Below are positions 52,882-61,516 of a stretch of 64,000 bases of DNA, piece after piece. The notes below the pieces were generated by a model. That model was not told the origin of the DNA. It did no database searches and was given only the letters and a program-made list of their open reading frames with translations. The DNA comes from Balanoglossus misakiensis (Eukaryota > Animalia > Hemichordata). Location of the stretch: the NCBI GenBank assembly GCA_040954595.2, contig JBECUI020000025.1, positions 310,001-374,000 on the forward strand, written 5' to 3'. Position numbers and translations under genes: made by a program. Positions within the stretch are counted from its first letter, which is position 1. Every line of letters begins with the position of its first letter.

Positions 52882-53448
52882 ATGAATAGTATTATTGAAC
52901 TCTTTACAAGTGGCGGAATTTTCATGATCCCATTGGGCATTCTGTCTTCTTTCAGCATTGCAATCATTGTAGAACGAATATCTACAACCTTTTTCTGGCA
53001 AAGAAATTTGCAGCAATTCATTTTGTATATAAAAACCGGCGGACAAGAAGGAACACTTATGCAGAACTCGAATCTAAGTGAAGATGTTTTTCGCATGCCG
53101 GCTACCGAACAAAAGATTATCATGGAGGAACGCCTACGTATTATCTTTGATTTACGCGGTCGTAACTATGAAATCTTAAATATTATCGGTTCAGTATCAC
53201 CCCTGCTTGGATTTATCGGAACCATTTCTGGTATGATTTCTTCCTTTCAGGCTATTGCACAAGCAGATTCAGTGTCTATTAAACTTGTTGCTGCTGGTAT
53301 CTCTGAGGCACTTATTACAACGGGCTTCGGTCTTATTATTGCTGTTGTTTGTATTATGACCGAATCACTTGGGCGATACCAGTTAACTGCTATTGCTCAT
53401 AAAACCGAAGAAGCAATAGAAGAACAATACGCATTATCAAGGGCATAA
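52882..53448 (+). CDS. exbB: MotA/TolQ/ExbB proton channel
   Basis: 'SPLLGFIGTISGMI.SF', 'GISEALITT.FGL..A'. Confidence 0.9.
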   Translation: MNSIIELFTSGGIFMIPLGILSSFSIAIIVERISTTFFWQRNLQQFILYIKTGGQEGTLMQNSNLSEDVFRMPATEQKIIMEERLRIIFDLRGRNYEILNIIGSVSPLLGFIGTISGMISSFQAIAQADSVSIKLVAAGISEALITTGFGLIIAVVCIMTESLGRYQLTAIAHKTEEAIEEQYALSRA

Positions 53449-53449
53449 C

Positions 53450-53890
53450 ATGGCGGGCTTAACACAGAAAGTACAAAGGAATAGAGATGTCAACAGTGCT
53501 ATGACCGATATTTCTTTCCTCCTGATTATATTCTTCCTCGTTGCGACCGTATTTGTTAGCGATGAAGGTCTGGGAATGCTTTTACCTGAAGCTGGTACTC
53601 AATCCACTAAAAAAACTATAGACGAAATTCTACAAGTTGGGTTAACATTAGATGGGAAACTGCTACTTAACGGTACAGAAATGACCGAAAATGAGTTTTT
53701 GGAACAAATCCGTATTTCTACGGCTAATACCGCAATTCTCAATGTTGATGTGGGGGTCAAATACGGTACCGTTGTTGACATGATGTCACTGATACGAGAC
53801 GCCGGCATAGGAACATTTACCATCCGAACTCCTGATATGGACGATCTTTTGTTGCCTTTGCGGATGAAAGGAAGTGTAATCCAAGAATGA
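53450..53890 (+). CDS. exbD: ExbD/TolR family protein
   Basis: 'MTDISFLLIIFFLV'. Confidence 0.88.
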   Translation: MAGLTQKVQRNRDVNSAMTDISFLLIIFFLVATVFVSDEGLGMLLPEAGTQSTKKTIDEILQVGLTLDGKLLLNGTEMTENEFLEQIRISTANTAILNVDVGVKYGTVVDMMSLIRDAGIGTFTIRTPDMDDLLLPLRMKGSVIQE

Positions 53891-54279
53891 GACTGATTGA
53901 ACAGAAAAAACATGGGCCCCGGCTCATTGTTGCAACGAGTGATATTGCTTTTTTGCTTCTTATTTTTCTTGTTGTTACTGCCAGTCTCAGCTACAATCCG
54001 GAAATCACTCCCCCTGCGACCGAATACGTTGAAACATTAAATCGAGAAGAGGAAACCATCATTATTGAAATAATGGCGGACGAGACCGTTCTGTATAATG
54101 GTTCGGTTGTTACAGCCGATGTTCTCAATACAATTTTTCCAAATATCGGCGCACAAACTGTTGTTGAAATATTTGCCGATCAGAACACTCCCTTTTCGCG
54201 TATATCCAACATTCTTGAGCTGTTGCAAGATAATCAGTTGTACAGAATTTTCTTATTAATGGAGAATGCAAAAGAATGA
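53887..54279 (+). CDS. exbD: ExbD/TolR family protein
   Basis: 'SDIAFLLLIFLVV', 'ADQNTPF'. Confidence 0.85.
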   Translation: MRLIEQKKHGPRLIVATSDIAFLLLIFLVVTASLSYNPEITPPATEYVETLNREEETIIIEIMADETVLYNGSVVTADVLNTIFPNIGAQTVVEIFADQNTPFSRISNILELLQDNQLYRIFLLMENAKE

Positions 54280-54883
54280 AGTTTATTCGTTGGGGCGGAT
54301 TTCTTGTTATATCTGGTATTCTTCACTTGCTTGTCTTGTTTTATATTACTGCTCCTCGTCCACAAGAGGAAACAGCGCCCAATTTTGAATTTCAATATAT
54401 TTCTCCTTCACAGCTACTTATTCCTACTGCTCCCCCGCCTCCTCCTCCCCCACCCGAACCTGTACCTGTTCCCGAGCAAATTCCGCAGAGCGAGGCAGTC
54501 GAAATTGTTCAAGAACCTGACCCTCAGCCTCAAATACAAAAAGCAGCGATTCCCATACCTGAAAGCAACCTGCCTATAAAACGGACATTCCTTCCCTTCT
54601 ACTCAGTAGAAGAACGCCCCACCTTCCTCGTTCGGGCAAAACTACAATACCCCCTTATTGAAAAAAACGCGGCAAGGAAGGAACTGTTACTCTTGAAGCC
54701 GATATTGATGAAAAAGGCAGCCTCAAGAATATTAAAGTTATCAAGAGTGCCGGAAAAAGTTTTGACGACGCAGCAATGCTTCTTCTTAAAGAGTCAACCT
54801 ACAAGCCCGGGTATAAGAATGGGACAGCTGTTGCCGTACGTATGCGTTTCACTATCAAATTTCAGTTGGAGACAAATACCTAG
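54276..54883 (+). CDS. tonB: Energy transducer TonB (frameshift in A7 run at 54661-54667)
   Basis: TM anchor 'S..LH', Pro-rich linker, 'YP'. Adding one A restores 'EKKRGKEGTVTLEADIDEKG...V.KSAG..FDDAA...YKPG...F.I.F' ending at TAG 54883. Confidence 0.85.
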
Positions 54884-54925
54884 TGCTATTTTCTATAGGA
54901 TATGTTATCCTTTTTAAGGAGAACT

Positions 54926-55342
54926 ATGAAATATAATATAATCCCTTATATATTGGCTTTTTTTCTGCTTTCGAGTTGTACGAGCATTCCGAATATTCCA
55001 CCGGATATGTCTGAATCGGAAATCTTGAAAAACGGTCAAGAAGAGCTCACTTTTTCACGCTGGGAAGCCGCCCTACACTACTACCAAACCTATCTTACGC
55101 GTTACCCTGACGATCCGTCTATGACAATTCAGGTTGAATATGAAATCGCATTTATATACTACACGAGCAATCAATTTGACATTGCAAAAGACCTGTTTAT
55201 GAAAATCATAGACCGATATGAAACGGAGAGACTTCCCATCTGGCCAAGAGTTTTATCCGAAAAACTGCTGAATATTATCCTTGAACAAGAAGAACAACAG
55301 ACGAAGAGTCAATCTGATGTTGCCCAAACGACGACTACATGA
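54926..55342 (+). CDS. TPR lipoprotein (BamD-like)
   Basis: RBS AAGGAG, lipobox 'LLSSC', 'YQTYLTRYP', 'YEIAFIYY'. Confidence 0.75.
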   Translation: MKYNIIPYILAFFLLSSCTSIPNIPPDMSESEILKNGQEELTFSRWEAALHYYQTYLTRYPDDPSMTIQVEYEIAFIYYTSNQFDIAKDLFMKIIDRYETERLPIWPRVLSEKLLNIILEQEEQQTKSQSDVAQTTTT

Positions 55343-56534
55343 CATCTACTCCGATCATCCTCAGGTAACCGCACGCTGGGACAAACTCCAGCAAACAGCA
55401 CAAGCTGATCGAAAGAGAGCGCTACGGTATTTCAGCACCCCGGGTCGAATAGAAATTATTGGGAACCATACCGACCATAATCATGGAAGGGTCTTAGCAG
55501 CAAGTATCGACTTAGACATTATTGCCGCTGTCCGAGTTCAGGACACTCAGACAATTACAGTCCATAATACAAGAGGGACAATATCCGTTCCAATAACCCA
55601 TGATATGCCACCTCATGCCTCATTCACCGAGATCCTTATTCGCTCAATTATTGAACAACTGCAGAAAAAGAAAAGTCCCCTTATTGCCTTTGAAGCATGG
55701 AGCGATAGTAATATACCCATCGGACAGGGTCTCAGTTCTTCTGCTGCATTCTGTATGCTGATGATAGAAATTATCTGCGCTCTCTCCGATATATCGCTTA
55801 CTCTTATTGAAAAAGCTCTCATTGCACAAGAGGCCGAACATAGGGCTCAGAAACCTTGTGGACTTATGGATCAGTTGGCATGTGCCCACGGCGGGATAGT
55901 CCATATCGACTTTGAAAAGCCGAGACAAGCAGCTATTCATCCCATTTCCCCCCGAAGCCTCTGCCCAGTAATTGTATATACCGGAGAAGGACATGAGCAA
56001 CTCACCCCGAACTATGCAGAAATTCCTGATGATATGCAAAAAGTCAGTGCATTCTTCTCCCAAGCATTCCTGCGCACTGTCAACGAAAAAGACTTCATAC
56101 AATCCTTGCCGGCACTGCGTCAACAGGTAAGCGATCGAGCAATTATGCGAGCTATGCATTTCTTTGCAGAAAACAATCGTGTAGAAAAATTCGTAACCGC
56201 TCTTGAATCAGCACAGTTGCATACCTGCTATGCACTTATTACCGAGTCGGGTAATTCCTCCTGGAAATTATTGCAGAATATCATTGTGGAAGGTTCGTTG
56301 AATAGAAATATTGCTCTTGCATTAATTCATAGTACGGCTATCGCCGGATTAGTCGCAGCATGTAGGGTACACGGAGGTGGGTTTACCGGCTCCATTCTTG
56401 CATTTCTTCCAGAAGAGCATAACATTGCCCGCTATCGACAACAGATGGAAGCACTATTCGGAATAGGATGTGTAACCCCGGTAACGATAAGAGATACTGG
56501 AAGCGTGGAAATAATTCCAACAAGAGACCCTTAG
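55317..56534 (+). CDS. galK: Galactokinase
   Basis: 'PGRIEIIGNHTDHNHG', 'IPIGQGLSSSAA', 'PCGLMDQ', 'RVHGGGF.G'. Confidence 0.88.
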   Translation: MLPKRRLHDIYSDHPQVTARWDKLQQTAQADRKRALRYFSTPGRIEIIGNHTDHNHGRVLAASIDLDIIAAVRVQDTQTITVHNTRGTISVPITHDMPPHASFTEILIRSIIEQLQKKKSPLIAFEAWSDSNIPIGQGLSSSAAFCMLMIEIICALSDISLTLIEKALIAQEAEHRAQKPCGLMDQLACAHGGIVHIDFEKPRQAAIHPISPRSLCPVIVYTGEGHEQLTPNYAEIPDDMQKVSAFFSQAFLRTVNEKDFIQSLPALRQQVSDRAIMRAMHFFAENNRVEKFVTALESAQLHTCYALITESGNSSWKLLQNIIVEGSLNRNIALALIHSTAIAGLVAACRVHGGGFTGSILAFLPEEHNIARYRQQMEALFGIGCVTPVTIRDTGSVEIIPTRDP

Positions 56535-57274
56535 GTCAAACCCCGTTCCTTTCGGATCGTTTCCCAGGCATCCTGCACCTCCCGAAACCGCTGGTGGGCA
56601 AATACTAGAAATTCGTCCGGCATGCCACGTGCTATCGCATAATCCGGGTGGTACTCTTTTACTAACCGCCGGTATGCCGAACGAACTACATCGTCGCTTG
56701 CCGTCTCGGGAACACCGAGTGTATGATAGGCACGGTTGGTATTAACCCCATACTGTAAGCGTATATGGTCTATCTCATTATTGTTGAGACCAAGAATGTT
56801 CACAACAATATCAATAAGCTCTTCCTCTTTCGGATGCAGTTTGCCATCACTCATAGCAATGCGGTAGAGTATATCAACCATGGATAAACGAAGTTCCCGG
56901 CGATGTTCACTGATCTGCCGAAACTGCTGGGCGAGTTCCTGAATGGAAAAACGAGAGGACTGCGCTTGATTAAAGAGATCAAGTGCAAACTTGCGTGTCT
57001 GCCCCTGCAAATTCATTTCATCAAGAAACTGCAACAAGACACGACCTTCCGATTCCTGAATTATCCCGTCCGCTTTTGCGATCTTTCCTAATAAGGTAAA
57101 AAGCGAGACAAAATAGGCCGCCTGTAGGCGTTCAATTTCTGAATATCCTGCTTGCTGTGCCCCTGAACGCTTGCCTGTGAGGGCATTCCCTAATGCGGCG
57201 CCCGCTAGAGCACCGAGCGGACCACCAAGAAAGTATCCTATTGTACCACCAATAATTGTTGCAAACCAACTCAT
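56531..57274 (-). CDS. djlA: DjlA-like co-chaperone (TerB + J domain)
   Basis: 'GGPLGALAGAALG', 'AKADG', 'AYRRLVKEYHPD'. Confidence 0.85.
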   Translation of the reverse strand: MSWFATIIGGTIGYFLGGPLGALAGAALGNALTGKRSGAQQAGYSEIERLQAAYFVSLFTLLGKIAKADGIIQESEGRVLLQFLDEMNLQGQTRKFALDLFNQAQSSRFSIQELAQQFRQISEHRRELRLSMVDILYRIAMSDGKLHPKEEELIDIVVNILGLNNNEIDHIRLQYGVNTNRAYHTLGVPETASDDVVRSAYRRLVKEYHPDYAIARGMPDEFLVFAHQRFREVQDAWETIRKERGLT

Positions 57275-58713
57275 AAATCTTTCCTACTATGCTTCATTAA
57301 TGCATGTTTTAATTGTCGTAATTTTTTTGAAATTGAAACCTTGTACAAATGTGGATTCAAGATACGCTTATAGGTGGCATCGAATGTATCCATGCTCTCT
57401 CGCATTTTTAGCCGAATATCTGCCAAACTCGGTCGAGGAGAGAGCGCTTTGCCGCCTATCATAATGGGCCGGAGCATAGGAACAATGGCGTATACGTTGT
57501 TTACAGTTACTTGCCGGTTCTCATCCCAAGAATGATAAAGCCGGTGTATGCTCCCCTGCGGAATATCTTCGTCTGTCAGTGCAATCATGTCGGCAATGGC
57601 AAGATTGTCCGAAGAATAGAGCCGGTATACCTGCTTTATGCCGGGCATGCTTGCTTTCTCGGGAGTATCCGATTGCTTCATGGTGGGAGTTAGTTGTCCA
57701 TCAATGCTTTTTGCAGCGAGTTTGTATACCCCACTCAGCATGGCATCCGGCGAAGCACAAACCAGATCACTCCCTACTCCCCAGGAATCGATGGGACATT
57801 TGCCTGTAAATAATTCATGAATAATATGTTCGTTGAGTTCATTGGATACCGTTATAGTTGCATCCTGTAACCCAGCCTTATCAAGCATGGAACGGACCTC
57901 TTTGCTCAGATATTCAATATCACCCGAATCGAGTCGTACTCCAAAGGATTTTCCCTGTTTCGCCAATGTTTTTCCAACTGTAATGGCATTTGCCAATCCA
58001 CTGGTAAGCGTGTTGTACGTATCCAGCAAAAAAACAGATCTATCGGGATACAGACTTGCATAGCGTTGAAATGCTTCTTCTTCACTCCCCCATGCCATTA
58101 CCCAAGAATGTGCCATCGTTCCACTAACTGGAATACCGTATTCCTTCCCTGCCATAACGTTGGAAGTCGATGTCGCACCACCGATATAGGCAGCCCTGCT
58201 CGCACTTAATGCTCCGTTTATGCCATGTGCACGCCGTAACCCAAACTCCATAACCTTACCATATCCACTCGCATAGTATACCCGGGCAGATTTGGTGGCA
58301 ATCAGCGTTTGAAAATTGATGGTGTTCAATAATAATCCTTCAATAAGATGTGCCTCAGCCATTCCTGCATGAACACGAATGAGTGGCTCGCCGGGGAAAC
58401 AGAACTCCCCTTCAGCAAAGGAATAAATATCACCCTGAAAAGAAAATGACCGGAGATAGTCCAGGAAGGCAGGAACAAATATCCCTAACCCTTCGAGATA
58501 CCTAATGTCATCATCAGAAAAGCGAAGTTCGGAAACAAGAGACAAGAGTGTATCCAGTCCGGCAAAAAGTGCATATCCCCCATTGAAAGGCTGCTTGCGA
58601 AAAAACATATCAAAGACAACCTGAGTATTATGTATTCCATGCAAAAAATATGCCTGCATCATGGTTAGTTCGTAGAAATCGGTAAATAAGGCTGTATGCA
58701 GTGCTTGACGCAT
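57271..58713 (-). CDS. pncB: Nicotinate phosphoribosyltransferase
   Basis: 'LFTDFYELTM', 'EFGLRRAH', 'GTMAHSWV', 'VRLDSGD', 'GVYKL'. Confidence 0.95.
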   Translation of the reverse strand: MRQALHTALFTDFYELTMMQAYFLHGIHNTQVVFDMFFRKQPFNGGYALFAGLDTLLSLVSELRFSDDDIRYLEGLGIFVPAFLDYLRSFSFQGDIYSFAEGEFCFPGEPLIRVHAGMAEAHLIEGLLLNTINFQTLIATKSARVYYASGYGKVMEFGLRRAHGINGALSASRAAYIGGATSTSNVMAGKEYGIPVSGTMAHSWVMAWGSEEEAFQRYASLYPDRSVFLLDTYNTLTSGLANAITVGKTLAKQGKSFGVRLDSGDIEYLSKEVRSMLDKAGLQDATITVSNELNEHIIHELFTGKCPIDSWGVGSDLVCASPDAMLSGVYKLAAKSIDGQLTPTMKQSDTPEKASMPGIKQVYRLYSSDNLAIADMIALTDEDIPQGSIHRLYHSWDENRQVTVNNVYAIVPMLRPIMIGGKALSPRPSLADIRLKMRESMDTFDATYKRILNPHLYKVSISKKLRQLKHALMKHSRKDL

Positions 58714-58763
58714 ATTGCCTTCTATGATACCATGAGTTTTGTAAAAAATACAGAGTTACTTTC

Positions 58764-59189
58764 ATGGGATACGAACAAACTTTAGTCATTATTAAACCAG
58801 GCATTGCTCATCGTGGCATCGTTGGGGATATTATTTCGCGATTTGAGCATAAGGGGCTGGTAATTACTGCGGCTCAACTTATTCAGTTTGATAAAGCATT
58901 GGCAGACAAACATTATGCAGAACACATCAGCAAGCCCTTCTATGCTGATCTGTTACAGTATGTCTGTTCTGCACCTTCTTTAGTACTGGTACTGGGTGGA
59001 GAAAATGCTATTGCCACTGTTCGCCGTTTAACAGGTGCAACAAGGGTAGAAGATGCACAACCGGGAACTATCCGTGGCGATTATGCTATAACAACAACTG
59101 AAAATGTCATTCATGCTTCCGATTCACCTGAGTCGGCAAACCGGGAAATTATGCTGTTTTTTCAAAAGGAAAAACTTTTGCATTCATGA
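58764..59189 (+). CDS. ndk: Nucleoside diphosphate kinase
   Basis: 'TLVIIKP', 'HYAEH..KPF', 'PGTIRGD', 'NVIHASDS'. Confidence 0.97.
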   Translation: MGYEQTLVIIKPGIAHRGIVGDIISRFEHKGLVITAAQLIQFDKALADKHYAEHISKPFYADLLQYVCSAPSLVLVLGGENAIATVRRLTGATRVEDAQPGTIRGDYAITTTENVIHASDSPESANREIMLFFQKEKLLHS

Positions 59190-59210
59190 AACAGGATGAA
59201 TAATCGATAC

Positions 59211-59283
59211 GGCGCTGTACCCAAGTGGTTAAGGGGAGGGTCTGCAAAACCCTTATTCACCGGTTCAAATCCGGTCGGCGCCT
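59211..59283 (+). tRNA. tRNA-Cys (GCA), CCA not encoded
   Basis: Acceptor GGCGCTG/CGGCGCC, anticodon arm AGGGT-CTGCAAA-ACCCT, T-arm GGTTCAAATCC, U discriminator. Confidence 0.95.
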
Positions 59284-59337
59284 TTTTATTACTTCTTTGC
59301 ATTGTGCATTCATCTTCAGAAGAAGGGCATTGTAAGC

Positions 59338-60186
59338 ATGAGTAGTGCTAATATTGTAAAGACGATAGCGCAGACCTTGCATAGCAATACTGATGTTCTA
59401 TGTTGCGAAGACCTGCCGACCAGAGAAGATGCCGGGCACATTGTCTCCTTGCTTCGTCAGATTGCATTCCCAAAATTCACTGCCAAGAAAAATCTGCGAT
59501 TGAAAGCATTAAAAGAACTGAAAAACATTCTCTTCCAATCCATTATACAATGTCAGATATTCAAACTGCGAAAGGAAAGGGATCGCTTTCTCAGTATCAA
59601 GCAAGAACTAAAAAAGCATCGGCAAGAAGTAAAACAGCTTGTTCATGCACTCCTTGAACAAATTCCCCATATTGTAAATGCACTCAATGCCGATATTATC
59701 GCAAGCTACGATGGAGACCCTGCTGCCCAGTCGCTGGAAGAGGTTATTCTCGGGTATCCAATTATTGATGCCTTGCTTGCGTACCGCTTTGCTCATGAAC
59801 TCTGGATACGCGATGTTCCCCTCCTTCCTCGCATGATTACTGAATATACTCATAGTCGAACGGGTATCGATATCCATCCGGGAGCAGCCATTGGGAACTC
59901 GTTTTTTATTGACCATGCAACGGGAGTTGTTATTGGAGAAACAACGGTCATCGGCAACCACGTAAAACTATACCAGGGGGTAACGCTTGGTGCGCTCAGT
60001 GTGGAAACACGAAACATACCGCATAAGCGGCATCCAACTATCGAAGACCATGTAACTATTTATGCAGGTGCCACCATTCTGGGGGGCAAGACTGTTGTTG
60101 GACATCATTCAATTATTGGCGGCAGTGTGTGGCTGACGAGTTCAGTGCCGCCAAACAGTAAGATTTATTATAAACCTATGCAGTAA
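59338..60186 (+). CDS. cysE: Serine O-acetyltransferase
   Basis: 'GDPAA', 'TGIDIHPGA.IG..FFIDHATGVVIGET', 'YQGVTLG', 'KRHPT'. Confidence 0.93.
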   Translation: MSSANIVKTIAQTLHSNTDVLCCEDLPTREDAGHIVSLLRQIAFPKFTAKKNLRLKALKELKNILFQSIIQCQIFKLRKERDRFLSIKQELKKHRQEVKQLVHALLEQIPHIVNALNADIIASYDGDPAAQSLEEVILGYPIIDALLAYRFAHELWIRDVPLLPRMITEYTHSRTGIDIHPGAAIGNSFFIDHATGVVIGETTVIGNHVKLYQGVTLGALSVETRNIPHKRHPTIEDHVTIYAGATILGGKTVVGHHSIIGGSVWLTSSVPPNSKIYYKPMQ

Positions 60187-60197
60187 TAAGCAGACTA

Positions 60198-60941
60198 TTA
60201 TTCCAAGAAAACAAAGGTATCGTCTAATGACCTAATGGCTCTAAACCAGATAGCAAATTTTTCAGCTTCCTTCCGCTGCCCATAGGGGCCGACAAGCACC
60301 CTCATATGTAATACCGACCTGACCCGATTCGGACTAACAACACTCCCGATACCATACTGGTTCATCCACTCCTGTACATGCAGTACAGTAAGATAGTTCG
60401 GCGACGATATGAGTTGTACCCAGTAACGATAGTTTGTCTGACGAACAGGGGCTGCAGATTGTACAGGCGATACAGGCGATACAGGCGATACAGCCGGTGT
60501 TAGAGCAGTATATCCCCTACTTATAACTGGGGTAGGCTGTAGGTCACGACTCAATACTGGTTCACTACTCATTATAGGACTCGATGAACTTGGTGCAGGA
60601 CTAGCTGCTGGACTTGGTGCAGAACTTGGTGCAGAACTTGGTTTTAGTACGGTGGGAGCTTCCCAGAGTACGGCAGATGCTTCGCTCCCGACAACACTAC
60701 TCCCTTCTGCGACTACCGGTTCTTCAATTATAAATACCGGGTCGACTGCCCCTTCTTGCTGTGTACTTGCCAAAGGTGGCGTCTCTGCAGTTGGACGGAT
60801 GTACTGTATTGCAGAGGAGGGCTCAACTACAGGTCTTTGCTTCTTCTCTCCTACCGGGTAGAAAATTGTAAGAGCAAGGATAAAGAGTACCGCAATAAAT
60901 ATAATAACAATGAGCAGGAGTATTTGTTCTCTTTTCTGCAT
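60198..60941 (-). CDS. SPOR-domain membrane protein
   Basis: N-terminal TM, Pro/Ser linker with short tandem repeats, 'YWVQL.S', 'RVLVGPY..RKEAE'; TAATG coupling to coaE. Confidence 0.8.
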   Translation of the reverse strand: MQKREQILLLIVIIFIAVLFILALTIFYPVGEKKQRPVVEPSSAIQYIRPTAETPPLASTQQEGAVDPVFIIEEPVVAEGSSVVGSEASAVLWEAPTVLKPSSAPSSAPSPAASPAPSSSSPIMSSEPVLSRDLQPTPVISRGYTALTPAVSPVSPVSPVQSAAPVRQTNYRYWVQLISSPNYLTVLHVQEWMNQYGIGSVVSPNRVRSVLHMRVLVGPYGQRKEAEKFAIWFRAIRSLDDTFVFLE

Positions 60942-61516
60942 TACTTGCATACAGCTAACCATTGCGAAACTTGTTTCATTAATTCTTTTTTTGTTCCGCT
61001 ATTTCGTACTATATATATATCGGGATTATGCATAAAATATTTAGGTGATATATCCCTTTGTAACCATAAAACTTTTAGTATCCGGGCATAACTGCTCCGA
61101 TGATGCCGTCTCGCCCGCATAATACGGGAAAACAACGAACTATTCACCCATATAATACGATCACAGAGGCGATCCAGCCCCATGGGAACGAGAATGGCCG
61201 CATTAATAAGTATCTTGTCGGAAGATGATGCCTTCTCCACTCGCTTTTGCACAAGATTCTTCATCCGCGGATGGAGGATTGCTTCCAGTTTCCGCATCTG
61301 TTTCATATCAGAAAAGACTACTTCTGCCAGTTTCTTGCGATCAATTCCGGTTGTGCTTAGACAGCTGGGAAAACTTTGTCCGACCCGTACTACTTCCTCC
61401 GCAAGAACTTGATGACCAACACGATCTACATCAATATGGTCAAAGCCTTCTTTCTCAAGAACAGTAGCAATTTCATTCTTGCCCGAACAATGTTTCCCGG
61501 TCAAACCAAAAATCAT
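60941..61516 (-). CDS. coaE: Dephospho-CoA kinase
   Basis: 'IFGLTGKHCSGK', 'IDRKKLA..VF', 'LEAILHP'; ATGA overlap with the polA stop. Confidence 0.92.
   Translation of the reverse strand: MIFGLTGKHCSGKNEIATVLEKEGFDHIDVDRVGHQVLAEEVVRVGQSFPSCLSTTGIDRKKLAEVVFSDMKQMRKLEAILHPRMKNLVQKRVEKASSSDKILINAAILVPMGLDRLCDRIIWVNSSLFSRIMRARRHHRSSYARILKVLWLQRDISPKYFMHNPDIYIVRNSGTKKELMKQVSQWLAVCK

Noticed and set aside
59211-59283. tRNA-Cys as an island integration site
   Set aside because: Flanked by core genes ndk and cysE; no integrase or duplicated 3' end seen.
60460-60640. 9-bp and 12-bp tandem repeats in the SPOR gene
   Set aside because: In-frame low-complexity linker (VSP, PSSA), ordinary for this family.
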